The position numbers and the translations under genes were made by a program. Shown piece after piece: positions 47,841 through 59,192 of a stretch of 64,000 nt of DNA (its first letter is position 1; each line of letters starts with the position of its first letter). The stretch lies in NCBI GenBank assembly GCA_965283765.1, contig CBDIPU010000024.1, positions 4,701 through 68,700 of the forward strand, in the 5' to 3' direction. The notes below the pieces were generated by a model that saw only the letters and a program-made list of their open reading frames with translations, was not told the DNA's origin and searched no databases. The stretch is from Caulobacteraceae bacterium (GTDB lineage Bacteria > Pseudomonadota > Alphaproteobacteria > Caulobacterales > Caulobacteraceae).

Positions 47841-50800
47841 ATGAACCATGCTCGCAACACGTTCGCTCTTCGCGCCGCGCTGATGGCGTCTTGCGCCGCT
47901 CTGGTGGTCGGTTCGGCCGCCCAGGCCCAGGCTCAGGACGCCGCCGGCGACAAGAAGGCCGAGTCGGACACCATCGAAGCCGTCGTCGTCACCGGCTTTC
48001 GTCAGGCCTACGCCAACGCCATCTCGACCAAGCGCGAGACCCTGGAAATCTCGGACGGCATCTCGTCGGACGGCCTGGGCCGCTTCCCCGACCTGAACGT
48101 CGGCGAAGCCATCCAGCGCATCCCGGGCGTCCAGATCAACCGCGAAGCCGACAGCCGCAACGCCACCATCAGCCTGCGCGGCCTGCCTGGCACCTTCGCC
48201 CGCACCACCCTGAACGGCGGCGCGTTCGCCGATCCGATCCTGAACGGCTCGACCCCGCTGGGCGCCTTCAACTCGGACATCTTCACCGCCATCAACGTCA
48301 TTAAGTCGCCGTCGGCGTCCAATCTGGCCGGCGGCCTGTCGGGTAATGTCGACCTGCGCATCAATCCGGCCCTGAGCCGCAAGGACGGCGGCTTCGCCAA
48401 GGTCTCGTACGAGTACAATGACCTGGGCGACCTCGGCAGCCCGCTCGCCTCGCTGGGCTATAACAAGCACCTGTCGGACGACTTCGCCGTGTTCGGCGTG
48501 GTGGCCTGGAAGGACGAGAAGTTCCGCCGCAACTCGATCACCGTGAACTCGTGGAACAACCGCCTGGGCTCGATCCAGGTCGGCAACCAGGCCGCCGCCG
48601 GCGCCAACCCAGTCTACGACGCGCTGATCGCGGCCAATCCGGGCGGCGTCTACTATCCCAGCCAGACGCGTCAGCTGGTGAAGTACAACCGCGGCGCCAC
48701 CCTGTCGGCGGCGACCGGCTTCGAATGGCGGATCAGCGACGCGTGGAAGGTCGGTGCGAACGGCTTCATCACCAAGCGCAACCTCAAGGACGCCACCAAC
48801 AACATCCTCTATATCGACGCGGGTCCGGGCAACGGCTCGACCGGCGGCCTGAGTTCGACTTCGGCGGTCGCCCACATCACCCAGATCGGCACACCCCACG
48901 TCGTCCGCCGCCCAAACGGCGATCGCGCGTATATCAACAGCTTCTCGGCCGAGAACATCAACACGTTCGACTCGATCCGCTCCGAGCCGGCCGAGAACCA
49001 GACCTGGGCGATCAACCCGACCCTCGAATTCAACAACGACACCTGGAAGGCCACCGCGAACCTGACGGTCTCTCGGGCCAAGACCCATGCCGACCAAATC
49101 GAACTGGACATCGTCCAGAACCCCTACCGCAACCTTGGCCCAGCCGGCCTGAACGGCATCAAGACCTCGGTCGACGTCGGCGGCTCGGACCTCTCGAACT
49201 ATACGGCGATCCTGACCACGCCGCACGCCACCCACCTGCCGACCGGCGGCTTCACGATCCCGGCCACGGCGACCGCGACGACCCAGGCGGGCGCCCCCAT
49301 GCCGGGGCAGGCCGCCACCGTGGCCGGCGACAAGTTCGGCGTGACCGGAACCAGCGGCGCCGCTGAAAACGAGCTGAACTCGTTCCAGCTCGATTTCGAC
49401 CGCGCCCTGGACGGCGCGTTCATCACCAACTTGCAGTTCGGCGGCCGCGCGGAGCACAACAAGTTCGCCACCACCGGCTCGCGCAATTCGGCCCTGGGCG
49501 CGCTGACCCAGAACATCACACCGGACATGGCCTCGCCGCTCTCGTACGGTCGCGACTTCTTCGGCGGCAAGGCGGCGGGGCCGACGAGCAATTGGATGAA
49601 CCTGGACGTGGATCGCATCCTGGCGGCGATCACCCCGGTCAATACCCAGCCCCGTAGCGCCACCAACCCGAACGGTCTGCCCGACCAGTTCGCCCTGGGC
49701 TCTCCGGGCGTGTTCCTGACGCCCTACGGCGTGGTGAACAACTATACGGACGGCAATTACTGGAACAACAACTTCAGCAACGAGAACGATGTCTTCTCGG
49801 CGTACCTGACCGCGAAGTTCAAGACCCAGCTGTTCAACGTCCCGGTGCGCGGCACCGTTGGAACGCGCTACGAATACACCAAAAACGAGATCGTCTCGCT
49901 GAACTGCCAGAACTGCACGACCGCCCTGTCCAACCAGGCCGGCCCGATCAATCACTCGCTATCGACCCGGAAGACCAAGAACACCTACGACTACTGGCTG
50001 CCCTCGGCGATCCTGGTCGCCGATCTGCGCGACGATCTGATCCTGCGCGCGGCGGCCTACCGCACCTATGTACGCCCGCAGCCGCGCGACAACGTACCGA
50101 CCACCTTCGTGCAGGCGCCGGTCGACGTGAACCCGCCGACCAACCCCGTCTATACGGTCACGCTCGGGGCGACGGACCTCAAGCCCTATACCTCCGAACT
50201 CCTACGACGTGTCGCTTGAATGGTATAACCGCCCCGGCGGTCTGGTCTCGGTCGCGGCCTACCGCAAGGAGATCAAGGGCTATATCGGCCCGATCCTCGA
50301 CGCGGCGATCCTGTGCCCCTCGAACGGCAAGATCAACGGCCTGGACGTCAATCTGGGAACACTGACGGTCGATAGCTCGGGCAAGTGCATCAGCTCGAAC
50401 CAGTTCATCGGCTCCACCGGCGCCCTGACCAACGCCGAGGTGCGCATCACCGGTAAGACTAACCAGTCGCCGATGACCGTCACCGGCTTCGAGTTCAACA
50501 TCCAGCAGAACCTCGACTTCCTGCCGGGCTTCTGGAAGAATTTCGGCGGCGCCTTCAACTACTCGTATACGAAGATCGACGGCAAGGACACCGCGGGCAA
50601 CAAGATCACCCTGCCCAGCGTCTCGAAGAACAACCTGAACCTCATCGGTTACTACAAGTCGACCAAGTTCGGCGTTCGCCTGGTCTACAACTGGCGCGAC
50701 AAGTACGACCTGGCCGCCGGCAACTCGTTCGTCGGCGACGCCCGCACCGTCAAGGCGCGCAGCCAGCTGGACGCTTCGGCCTCGTACAACCTGACCGAGG

Positions 50801-50934
50801 ACCTGACGATCTCGGTCGACGCCTTCAACCTGACCGACGCGACCCGTTCGGAATACGAGAACGACCCGATGCTGCCGCGCCGCATCGACTACGACGGCCG
50901 CACCTATCAGGTGACCATGCGCGCCAAGTTCTAG
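47841..50934 (+). CDS. Large TonB-dependent receptor (about 1030 aa; one apparent frameshift near 50195)
   Basis: EAVVVTGFR, FPDLNVGEAIQRIPGV plug; second ORF ends GRTYQVTMRAKF. Confidence 0.88.
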
Positions 50935-50961
50935 GACGCGAACAGATACCCTCTCGCCTGC

Positions 50962-50992
50962 GGGGCCGAAGTTCGCTTCGGCCCCTTTCTTT
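50962..50992 (+). terminator. Rho-independent terminator
   Basis: GGGGCCGAAG-TTCG-CTTCGGCCCC followed by TTTCTTTT. Confidence 0.88.
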
Positions 50993-50998
50993 TGGCCG

Positions 50999-51337
50999 CT
51001 ATCCCTTCAGCGACCGCAGGGCCTGTTCGTGGGCGTAGGCGGCGATATCCATCAGGGCGACGTCCAGGGCCGTCTTGACCGCTTCCAGGCCGTCCTGCCC
51101 CGCCTCGCAGCGTTCGCAGACCTCGCCCAGCGCAAAGGCTCCCACCCCGCGCGCGGCGCCCTTCACCGTATGGACCGCGTCCCGCCAGCCGGCATGGGTC
51201 GGATCCAGCATCGGAGTCCACAGCGCGGCCTGCTCGCGGAACAGCGCCAGCACCTCGTCGACGACCCCGAAATCCCCCGCCGCGAACCCTTCCAGGTAAG
51301 CGAAATCCACGGCTCCGCTAATATCTCGTCTGGCCAT
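50999..51337 (-). CDS. shpA: Histidine phosphotransferase ShpA
   Basis: 112 aa, HTVKGAARGVGA Hpt motif; closely matches recalled C. crescentus ShpA. Confidence 0.9.
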   Translation of the reverse strand: MARRDISGAVDFAYLEGFAAGDFGVVDEVLALFREQAALWTPMLDPTHAGWRDAVHTVKGAARGVGAFALGEVCERCEAGQDGLEAVKTALDVALMDIAAYAHEQALRSLKG

Positions 51338-51421
51338 GAAAAAAGCGCTTGCGCTCCCAAAATCATTGCGTATGTTCCGCGCCTCGCCGCCGGGGCTCGC
51401 AAGTGCTTCGGACCGTCGAAT

Positions 51422-51497
<76 letters not shown>

Positions 51498-51599
51498 TTC
51501 TCCTCTTGGAGATTTAGGCTTCCGCTGAAGCCGTCCTGGGGCGCCGCCCCGAAAGTCCCCTGAATTCCTGGACAGAACTTGCCGCGGGTCTGGCGAACG

Positions 51600-54500
51600 T
51601 CAGACTTCAGCCTCGTTCGCGCCGGCCTTGCGCCTCAGCGCGCCGTAGAGGTCGCCCGGTCCGAGCAGGATCTTCAGCAGTTCCTCCCGCAGACGCTCCG
51701 ACGCCAACACCTGGCGGCTCATGGTGTCGAAGGCGGTGTCGCTATCCATCACCGCGTCGAGGAACTCGCGCTGCAGGGTCGGCGAGTTGTCGAACTGGGC
51801 CTTGGTGTTGGCCATGGCCTGCACTTGCAGTTCCTCGGACGCCAGCATGTGGCTCTTCAGGAAGCCGTTGACGTAGTGCAGCTGGTCGTCGTCGGTCAGT
51901 TGCCCCTCGAACAGGTCGTTCACGCGGGCGATGATCTCGTCCAGCCGCGCCTTGTCCTTGTCCTGCACGCTGCCCGAGCCGACCTCGGCCATGCCGCTCA
52001 GCTTGGGCGCGTCGCCGTCGCCATAGAGGAGGTCGCGCTTGCGCTCGGCCTTGAGGCTGTGGTGGGTCAGCTTCACGCCCGACAGGTCGATCCCCTCGCG
52101 CTCGCGGCCGAACTCCAGCAGCGGCAGCAGCCGACGGTAGAAGATCGCGCGCTTCTCGATCTCGGTGTTGCCGTAGTCGAGGATCTGGCTGAGGAAGCTG
52201 TAGAGGCGCTGGAACGTCGCCATGTCGCTCTTGAACAGCGCCAGGGCGTCCATGTGGTCCTTGGCCTGGGCGGCGGCCGTGGCGTCGTCGCGCGCCTCGG
52301 CGGAGATCCGCGCCTGCTTGGCGGCGTTGAAGGCGTGGACCACGCGTTGCGCGACCGGCGCGATCGCGGCGATCAGCTCGGACTGGCGCGCCATCGGGTT
52401 CAGCTCGGCCTTCACCACCCGCTCGACCTCGAAGTCGTCATAGTGGCCGGCGCCGTCCAGCTTGGCGCGCAGGTCGTAGATCGTGTTCGGATCGGTGGCG
52501 CTCTCCAGCTCGGCCGTCTCGTAATAGGTCCGGAACGCCGCCAGGATCTCGTCGGAGCTGTTGACGAAGTCGAGGACGTAGGTGGTGTCCTTGCCCGGAT
52601 GGGCGCGGTTCAGGCGCGACAGGGTCTGCACGGCCTGGATGCCCGCCAGGCGCCGGTCGACATACATGCCGCACAGCAGGGGCTGGTCGAAGCCGGTCTG
52701 GAACTTGTTGGCCACCAGCAGCAGGTGGAAGGCCTCGCTGTTGAAGGCGTCGCGGATGTCGCGGCCGTTCAGGCCGGGGTTCAGCGCCGCGCTGGCCTCG
52801 CTGACCTCGCCCAGGTCGGCGTCGGGCACGTCGCCGGAAAAGGCGACCAGGGCGCCCAGCCTGTAGCCCTGCTCCTCGATGTAGCGCCGCACGGCGATCT
52901 GCCAGCGCACCGCCTCGACGCGACTGCCCAGCACCACCATGGCCTTGGCCTTGCCGTCCAGCAGCGGCTGGACGTTCTCGCGGAAGTGCTCGACGACGAT
53001 CTGCACCTTCTGGCTGATGTTGTGCGGATGCAGGCGCACCCAGCGCATGATCTCCTTCTTGGCCTTGCCGCGCTCGACCTCGCGGTCGTCCAGGTCGCGT
53101 CCCTCGTGGGCCAGGCGGAAGGCCAGCTGGTAGGGCGTGTAGTTGCGCAGCACGTCGAGGATGAAGCCCTCCTCGATCGCCTGGCGCATCGAATAGACGT
53201 GGAACGGTTCCGGCAGATTGCCCTCGCCCACCGGCCGGTCCGGATGGGGCGGACGGCCGAACAGCTGCATGGTCTTGCCCTTGGGCGTGGCCGTGAAGGC
53301 GACATAGGTGATGCCGCGCTCGGCCGCCCGGCCGGCCATCTGGGCCGAGAGGATGTCCTCGGTGCTGACCTCGCCGCCGTCGGCCAGCGCCGCCGCCTCC
53401 TCGGCCGACAGCATCTGCTTGAGCTTGGAGGCCGCCTCGCCCGACTGGCTGGAGTGGGCCTCGTCGGCGATCACCGCGAAGGCCTTGCCCTCGGTCGCCG
53501 CCAGCTCGCGCACCGCGTCCAGGGCGAAGGGGAAGGTCTGGATCGTGCAGACGATCACCTTCTTGCCCGCCGCCAGGGCCTCGGCCAACTGGCCGCTCTT
53601 GGAGCCGCCCTCGCTCTTGATCGTCGCCACCACGCCGGCGATGCGCTGGAAGTCGAACAGGGCCTCCTGCAGCTGGGTGTCGATGACGTTGCGGTCCGAG
53701 ACCACGATGACGCTGGAGAACAGCTTGTCATCGTTGGCGTCGTGCAGTTCCGACAGCAGGTGCGCGGCCCAGGCGATCGAGTTGGTCTTGCCCGAGCCGG
53801 CCGAGTGCTGGATCAGGAACCGCCCGCCAGGCCCCTCCTCCAGCACCTTGGCGGCCAGCTTCCGGGTGGCGTCCAGCTGGTGGTAGCGCGGGAAGATCAC
53901 GCCGGTGATCTGCTTCTTGGCGTCGCGGCGGGTCACCATGTAGCGGCCCAGGATCTCCAGCCAGCTGTCGCGCGCCCAGACCTCCTCCCAGAGATAGGCC
54001 GTGCCATGGCCGCTCGGATTGGGAGGATTGCCCTTGCCGCCGTGGTCGCCCTTGTTGAACGGCAGGAAGCGCGTGGCCTTGCCTTCCAGCCGGGTGGTCA
54101 TCGCCACCTCGCTGCTGCTGACGGCGAAGTGCACCAGCGCCCCGCCGGGGAAGCTCAGCAGCGGCTCGGCCCTCTGGCCCTGGGGACGAGGATCGCGGTC
54201 GAAGCGATACTGGTCGATGGCGTCCTGCAGGCTCTGGGTGAAGTCGGTCTTCAGCTCGACGGTCGCGACCGGCACGCCGTTCAGATACAGCACCAGGTCC
54301 AAGCTGTTCTCGCTGCCGGTCGAGTAGCGCACCTGCCGCGCCACCCGCAGGCGGTTGGCCTGGTAGCGGCGGGTGGTCTCGGGGTTCATGCCCATGGCCG
54401 GCTTGAACTGGGCCAGCGACAGCCGCGCGCGCAGCCCCACCATGTCGAGCCCGCCGCGCAGCACGTCCAGCACGCCCCGCTCGTCCAGCGACTTGCGCAG

Positions 54501-54719
54501 CCGGTCCAGCAGCACCTGCTGGGCGGCCGGGCCGTGGGTCTTGCTCAGGGCGTCCCAGGCCTCGGGCTGGCTGTCGCGGACCCAGGCGACCAGATCCTCG
54601 GGAAACAAGGCCCGCGCCCGATCGTGCCGCGCGCCCGCCCCGGCTTCGTAGAGCCAGCCATGCGCGGCCAGATGGTCGACGACGTCGTCCTCGAAGCGGT
54701 TTTCCGTGTGCAGGGCCAT
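51600..54719 (-). CDS. hsdR: Type I restriction subunit R
   Basis: D..VELK nuclease motif, HSAGSGKT, DEAH, FTATPK, QTLSRLNR. Confidence 0.95.
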   Translation of the reverse strand: MALHTENRFEDDVVDHLAAHGWLYEAGAGARHDRARALFPEDLVAWVRDSQPEAWDALSKTHGPAAQQVLLDRLRKSLDERGVLDVLRGGLDMVGLRARLSLAQFKPAMGMNPETTRRYQANRLRVARQVRYSTGSENSLDLVLYLNGVPVATVELKTDFTQSLQDAIDQYRFDRDPRPQGQRAEPLLSFPGGALVHFAVSSSEVAMTTRLEGKATRFLPFNKGDHGGKGNPPNPSGHGTAYLWEEVWARDSWLEILGRYMVTRRDAKKQITGVIFPRYHQLDATRKLAAKVLEEGPGGRFLIQHSAGSGKTNSIAWAAHLLSELHDANDDKLFSSVIVVSDRNVIDTQLQEALFDFQRIAGVVATIKSEGGSKSGQLAEALAAGKKVIVCTIQTFPFALDAVRELAATEGKAFAVIADEAHSSQSGEAASKLKQMLSAEEAAALADGGEVSTEDILSAQMAGRAAERGITYVAFTATPKGKTMQLFGRPPHPDRPVGEGNLPEPFHVYSMRQAIEEGFILDVLRNYTPYQLAFRLAHEGRDLDDREVERGKAKKEIMRWVRLHPHNISQKVQIVVEHFRENVQPLLDGKAKAMVVLGSRVEAVRWQIAVRRYIEEQGYRLGALVAFSGDVPDADLGEVSEASAALNPGLNGRDIRDAFNSEAFHLLLVANKFQTGFDQPLLCGMYVDRRLAGIQAVQTLSRLNRAHPGKDTTYVLDFVNSSDEILAAFRTYYETAELESATDPNTIYDLRAKLDGAGHYDDFEVERVVKAELNPMARQSELIAAIAPVAQRVVHAFNAAKQARISAEARDDATAAAQAKDHMDALALFKSDMATFQRLYSFLSQILDYGNTEIEKRAIFYRRLLPLLEFGREREGIDLSGVKLTHHSLKAERKRDLLYGDGDAPKLSGMAEVGSGSVQDKDKARLDEIIARVNDLFEGQLTDDDQLHYVNGFLKSHMLASEELQVQAMANTKAQFDNSPTLQREFLDAVMDSDTAFDTMSRQVLASERLREELLKILLGPGDLYGALRRKAGANEAEV

Positions 54720-54729
54720 GGTCGCGATC

Positions 54730-55773
54730 CTAGGCGTCGACGCCGGCCACGGGGGACCAGATCTGCTTGAGGGGGATCTTGGCGCGGGTTTCGTCCGTGA
54801 GCTGACCATAGCTGGCGAACAGGGCGTTCAGCAGCTCGGGCATCTGCCACAGGCGCACCGAGAAGAACTCGTTGTCGATCAGCTTCTGGGCCGCGCCGTT
54901 GACGCCGGCGATGCTGACCAGCAGGCCGGTGCGGGCCTTGGCGGCCTGGACCGAGCCCATCAGCTTCAGCACCACCTCCTGGTTGGCGGGCGCGTCGCCG
55001 GACTTCACCTGCACGCAGATGCGGTCCTCGCCCAGGCCCAGGCGTCCGCCGGCCGCCAGGATGTCGACCCCGCCGTCCGGGCCGGGCGGCGAGACCTTGG
55101 TGACATAGCCCTCGATGCGCAGGATCTCGGCGACCAGATGCGCCAGATCGTGGCCGGCGAAGGCCGACTTCACCAGGGCGATGATCTGCTGGCGGGCGAT
55201 GTCCTCGACGTCCAGCTCGACATCCTCGGCCTCGGCGTCCTCGGTGGCGGCCTTGACCGCGACGACGCCCTGCTTGCCCAGCAGCGGACCGGGATCCCGG
55301 CCGGTGTTCAGCACCGCCTCGACCCGGGCCAGGGCCTCGTTGCGCTTGACCTCGCAGACGGTCATGAAGGCGCCCAGCGAGTGGCGCAGATCCTGGGCGA
55401 AGGCCTCGCGCGGGACGGCTTCGTTCAGCCAGGTCACGGCCCGGGTGTGCGGGCACACGCCGCCGGGCTGATAGACGTAAGGCCCCGTCACGCGGCCGAT
55501 GGCGACGCCGCTGGTGACCTTGCGCGGCAGCACCACCAGGTCGCCGACCGCGATGGTGTTGACGAACTGGTTCAGCTGGGCGGCGAAGTTGCGCTGGGTG
55601 TTCTTGCCGCCCAGCGGATCGGCCTCCGCCAGCACGCGGCCGATGGCCTCGCGGTCCTTCAGGCCCGACAGGTCGCCCAGCTCGTTGAAGCCGGGCAGCA
55701 GCTTGCCCTGGGTGATGGCCTCCAGCTCGCGCTCGCCATGGCGGCCGGCGCGGACGATCCAAAGCCGGGTCAT
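54730..55773 (-). CDS. Mrr-family restriction endonuclease
   Basis: N-terminal WIVRAG domain; C-terminal PDGGVDILA...VQVKS catalytic motif. Confidence 0.82.
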   Translation of the reverse strand: MTRLWIVRAGRHGERELEAITQGKLLPGFNELGDLSGLKDREAIGRVLAEADPLGGKNTQRNFAAQLNQFVNTIAVGDLVVLPRKVTSGVAIGRVTGPYVYQPGGVCPHTRAVTWLNEAVPREAFAQDLRHSLGAFMTVCEVKRNEALARVEAVLNTGRDPGPLLGKQGVVAVKAATEDAEAEDVELDVEDIARQQIIALVKSAFAGHDLAHLVAEILRIEGYVTKVSPPGPDGGVDILAAGGRLGLGEDRICVQVKSGDAPANQEVVLKLMGSVQAAKARTGLLVSIAGVNGAAQKLIDNEFFSVRLWQMPELLNALFASYGQLTDETRAKIPLKQIWSPVAGVDA

Positions 55774-57113
55774 GCCGCCTCCGCCGTCTCAACGAGGCCC
55801 CGCACGTCGATCTTGCCGGTGACGGCGGCGGAGATCAGCGCGGCGCGGCGTTCTTGGAGGAGGTCGACCGCCGCTTCGGCCTCGTCAAGAAGACCTTCGA
55901 GCTTTCCGATCTCATTGGAAATGGCCTCAACGAGCACTTTCTGTTCTTCCACCGGAGGAAAGGCAAATCTGTACTCGCGAAGCTGCTCAGCGGTCAGATG
56001 ATCGATAGTCGTCTGGTTGCCACCGGCCACAAAGACGCCAAAGCGCGTAGCAAAATCCATTATGTAATAGAGATATTCGGTACTATCCCGCCCATCCAGA
56101 ATGGGACGAACGCGGTGGAGCGCCTTCTGATAGTAGCACTCTGTCAGCTCGCCACGCCAAATAGCCGAGCGGCCGATATAGCTTCCGCCTTCGTTGACAA
56201 GCAGGTCGCCGGGCTCGAGACGGTACCGAGATTGAGCCTCGGGCGGGAAATCCATCATCGGAAGATCCGAAACGTTGATCGCACCCCACTGAACATCGAA
56301 AACGCGAAGATATGGCCGCATGTCGGGACCTTCGGCTCGTTCAGCATTTAGCATCCGCCCGAGTTGGACCTCGTATCGATAGCCAAGCGGTACGATCTCC
56401 CAATGCGCCGGAACCTGGCCGAGCCATTCGACGCGGGAGTCCTTCATCGGGGCGGACGGATCGAGGCCCTTGGTGACGGCGTGGGAGATGACGGCCTGCC
56501 GCTTCTCCTTCAGCAGTTCGATCAGCCGCCGCTGCGCCTCCACCAGCGCGTCGATCTTGGCGGTCTCTCGGTCGAGGAAAGCCGCGATGGCAATTTGCTC
56601 GACCAGAGGTGGGGCGGCCAAAACGCAAGCGCCCAGCTCCTCGGCGTTTAGATGAGGTTGTGCCGCACGCGTCCTCTCAAGATCGATTTGCCCCTCCTTC
56701 AGGTAAGCGCTCAGCAGCGCGAACTGAAGAAAGGCAGGCACGCAGGCGAACGGGCTCAACACCATGTCAAATCCAGCGATGGCTGGTAGATGCTCGTCGC
56801 AAATTAGGGCGGAGTCTCCCGTGTAGGCCCCGCTACGAACGACAATGATGTCTCCTGCGGCCAACCAGACGATGCGCTTTTGCGGGATGTCGGCGGGGTC
56901 GACCCTGACGAGGCCCGCCAGGCTGACCTTGCCGTGATCAACGTTGGTCGCGCGGATGAGCGGAACACCTTCCTCCCGATATGCAGGCGGTTCACCAATG
57001 CCATATCGAATGCCGGCTAGGTGCTTGATTGGAACTATTACCCAATGGCTCGGCACCTGCCCCAGCCACTCGACCCCACTCTCCTTGTAGCTCCCATAGG
57101 CCGGAAAGCTCAT
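55770..57113 (-). CDS. hsdS: Type I specificity subunit S
   Basis: Two SxVEWLGQVPxHW repeats, PP..EQ helices, two TRDs, LISAAVTGKIDV. Confidence 0.95.
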   Translation of the reverse strand: MSFPAYGSYKESGVEWLGQVPSHWVIVPIKHLAGIRYGIGEPPAYREEGVPLIRATNVDHGKVSLAGLVRVDPADIPQKRIVWLAAGDIIVVRSGAYTGDSALICDEHLPAIAGFDMVLSPFACVPAFLQFALLSAYLKEGQIDLERTRAAQPHLNAEELGACVLAAPPLVEQIAIAAFLDRETAKIDALVEAQRRLIELLKEKRQAVISHAVTKGLDPSAPMKDSRVEWLGQVPAHWEIVPLGYRYEVQLGRMLNAERAEGPDMRPYLRVFDVQWGAINVSDLPMMDFPPEAQSRYRLEPGDLLVNEGGSYIGRSAIWRGELTECYYQKALHRVRPILDGRDSTEYLYYIMDFATRFGVFVAGGNQTTIDHLTAEQLREYRFAFPPVEEQKVLVEAISNEIGKLEGLLDEAEAAVDLLQERRAALISAAVTGKIDVRGLVETAEAA

Positions 57114-58944
57114 GCCGCCAGCCCCTCGATCATCGCCTTGATCCGGTCGGTGACCAGCAGCAGCTCAGCGTCGATCTCGGCCAGGTCGCGGGGCGGCTCG
57201 AAGACGTAGAAGTGGCGGTTGAACGGGATCTCGTAGCCGACCTTGGTCTTGTCGGTGTCGATCCAGGCGTCGGGGGCGTGGGGCAGGACCTCGCGGGCGA
57301 AATAGGCGTCGACGTCCTCGGACAGCGGCACGTTCTCGGTGTCGCGGCGGGCGCTGTCGGCGACGGGCTTGCCCTTGGCCTTGCCCTTCTGGCCGACCAC
57401 GGGCGCTCCGGCCTCGTCCAGCAGCGGCCGCTCGACCGTGATGGTCCGGTAGCCGAAGGCCTCGTTGGGGAAGATCCGCGACAGCGGCGCCAGCTTGACC
57501 TTGCCGCCCTGCGGCGCGGCGGGCGGGATCTCGCCGGCGCGGACCACGACCTTGCCGGCCTCCTTGCCGGCGGCGTCGACCAGGGTGGCGATCCGGGCTT
57601 CCACGAAGTCGCCGAACAGCCGGGTGACCAGGGCGATGTCGTCCTCGCCCATCTCCTTGCGCTTGGAGCCCAGGGACTTGCGCATCTTCTTCCAGAAGCC
57701 GCTGGCGTCGATCAGCTGCAGCCTGCCCTTGCGGGCGACGGGCTTCTTGTTGGAGACGATCCAGACATAGGTGGCGATGCCGGTGTTGTAGAACATGTCG
57801 GTCGGCAGGGCGACGATGGCCTCGACCAGGTCGTTCTCCAGCAGGTAGCGTCGGATCTCGCTCTCGCCGCTGCCGGCCCCGCCGGTGAACAGGGGCGAGC
57901 CGTTCAGGACGATGCCGAACCGGCTGCCGCCGTCCTGGGCCGGGCGCATCTTCGACAGCAGGTGCAGCAGGAACAGCAGGGAGCCGTCCGACACGCGCGG
58001 CAGCCCCGGGCCGAAGCGGCCGGCGAAGCCCTGCTGCTCGTGCTCGGCGCGGACGATCTTCTCGACCTTCTTCCACTCCACCCCGAACGGCGGGTTGGAC
58101 AGCATGTAGTCGAACTGGCGCCCGGGTGGCCGTCGTCGGACAGGGTGTTGCCGGGGATGATGGCCCCGACGTCCTGCCCCTTGATCAGCATGTCGGCCTT
58201 GCAGATGGCGTAGGACTCGTCGTTCAGCTCCTGGCCGAACATGGTCAGGCGCGCGCCCGGATTGTGCTGGGTCAGACGCTCCTCGGCGACCGACAACATG
58301 CCGCCCGTGCCGGCGGTGGGGTCATAGATGGTGCGAACAACGCCGGGCCTGGACAGGGCGTCGTCGTCCTCGACGAACAGCAAGGACACCATCAGGCCGA
58401 TGACCTCGCGGGGCGTGAAGTGCTCCCCGGCCGTCTCGTTGGACAGTTCGGCGAACTTGCGGATCAGCTCCTCGAACGCCAGGCCCATCTGGTGGTTGTC
58501 GACCGCCCCGGGGTGCAGGTCGATGCCGGCGAACTTCTCGGCGACCTGATAGAGCAGCCCGGCCTTGGCCAGCTTGTCGACCTGGGTGAAGAACTCGAAG
58601 CGCTCGAAGATGTCGCGCACCGGGCCCGAGAAGCCCTGGATATAGGCGTAGAGGTTGGCGGCGATGTTGTCGGCGTCGCCGATCAGCCGGCCCATGTCGA
58701 GCTTGGAGGTGTTGTAGAAGCTCTGCTTGGCGGCGCGCAGCAGGTACGGCTCGGGATTGACGCCCGCCGCCTCGCGCCTGGCCAGTTCCTCCAGCACCGC
58801 CGGCTTGGTGGCCTCCAGCACGCAGTCCAGCCGCCGCAGCACGGTGAACGGCAGGATGACCTTGCCGTAGTCCGACTGCTTGTAGTCGCCGCGCAGCAGG
58901 TCGGCGACCGACCAGATGAAGGCCGACAACGACTGATGGTTCAT
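57110..58944 (-). CDS. hsdM: Type I N6-adenine methyltransferase M (one apparent frameshift near 58120)
   Basis: [33 protein letters not shown]. Confidence 0.92.
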
Positions 58945-59192
58945 GCGCACTCCCCCGAACAACGCCCGATAGCAGCGCGGATGACGTGCAAGGGCAAGCG
59001 GCTGTAGCAGAAGCCTTACCGCGAAGGGAGCCCGCCGGGCCTCGCGCTTGGTGCGAGGGGCGCGCTGGAACCGCGCCGCCGGCGGACGTTCTCCGTCGAT
59101 CCAGGCCTTGTCAGGCCAAGCTTCCAGGGCTCACAAAAGGCCTTTCGACGCGCGCTGCGTCGCCGTGAGCTCACAGGGTTTCGAGGACCGAC

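Noticed and set aside
58100-58140. Phase variation or programmed frameshift in hsdM
   Set aside because: No simple-sequence tract or slippery heptamer; same pattern as other probable sequencing indels
51498-59190. Prophage or ICE integrated at tRNA-Lys
   Set aside because: No integrase, phage or conjugation genes, and no duplicated tRNA 3' end found by eye
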